In this document: piece after piece, positions 63,951-64,000 of the stretch
Layout of the letters: each line of letters opens with the position of its first letter
Position numbering within the stretch: position 1 is the stretch's first letter
Virus record (IMG/VR): IMGVR_UViG_3300033075_000927
Location: 14,404-78,403 of that record
Strand: one strand, 5' to 3'
DNA length: 64,000 nucleotides
From: a virus
Taxonomy: Duplodnaviria > Caudoviricetes
The notes under the pieces: model-generated
Told to the model about the DNA's origin: nothing
Databases searched by the model: none
Seen by the model: only the letters and a program-made list of their open reading frames with translations
Program-made: the position numbers and the translations under genes

Positions 63951-64000
63951 AGACCTGGTAGCAGCAGACCAAGAGGTCTCCAACTGGCAGTCAGACTTAT

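Noticed and set aside
1-64000. Temperate lifestyle module (integrase, CI/Cro)
   Set aside because: No recombinase or CI-type repressor found; Rha and C4-like leaders alone do not establish lysogeny, and sequence outside the window is unseen.

Overview
The window looks like most or all of a roughly 60% GC, long-tailed (siphovirus-type) dsDNA phage genome. A Betaproteobacteria-like Gram-negative host is inferred from the spanins and composition. No integrase, reverse transcriptase, CRISPR array or tRNA was seen. Layout: (i) 0.2-20.4 kb (+) replication and nucleotide module: SNF2 helicase, AEP primase-helicase, ExoX-like nuclease, MazG-like and DUF5664 pyrophosphatases, full-length PolA with 5'-3' exonuclease, ATP ligase, ThyX, RecU-like resolvase, SbcD/SbcC-like pair. 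(ii) 20.4-50.2 kb (-) lysis, tail, head and packaging genes: Rz/Rz1, TIGR02594 endolysin, holins, tail fibre, 2.5k-aa tape measure protein, G/GT chaperone with a -1 slippery site, tail tube, MCP, S49 protease, portal, GpA-type terminase. (iii) 50.2-64 kb early/accessory region with palindrome-dense non-coding DNA, a Rha gene, a putative origin and many small ORFs. Four free-standing HNH genes are present. Best unexplained signals: two arrays of translationally coupled 41-59 aa micro-ORFs (17.6-18.1 and 58.1-58.9 kb) that share a divergent PE[LY]F...V-x-x-x-h-h-W-[PQG]-[ILV] motif and are almost all missed by the ORF track; three C4/CI-like leader RNAs with element-specific complementary loops in front of HNH-ligase, thyX and rha; a palindrome core shared between the rha coding sequence and its promoter; a 40-bp conserved early-gene leader; a strand-polarised TTGCGG cluster; and chains of interlocking perfect palindromes. 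All calls come from reading the sequence by eye; no database search was run.
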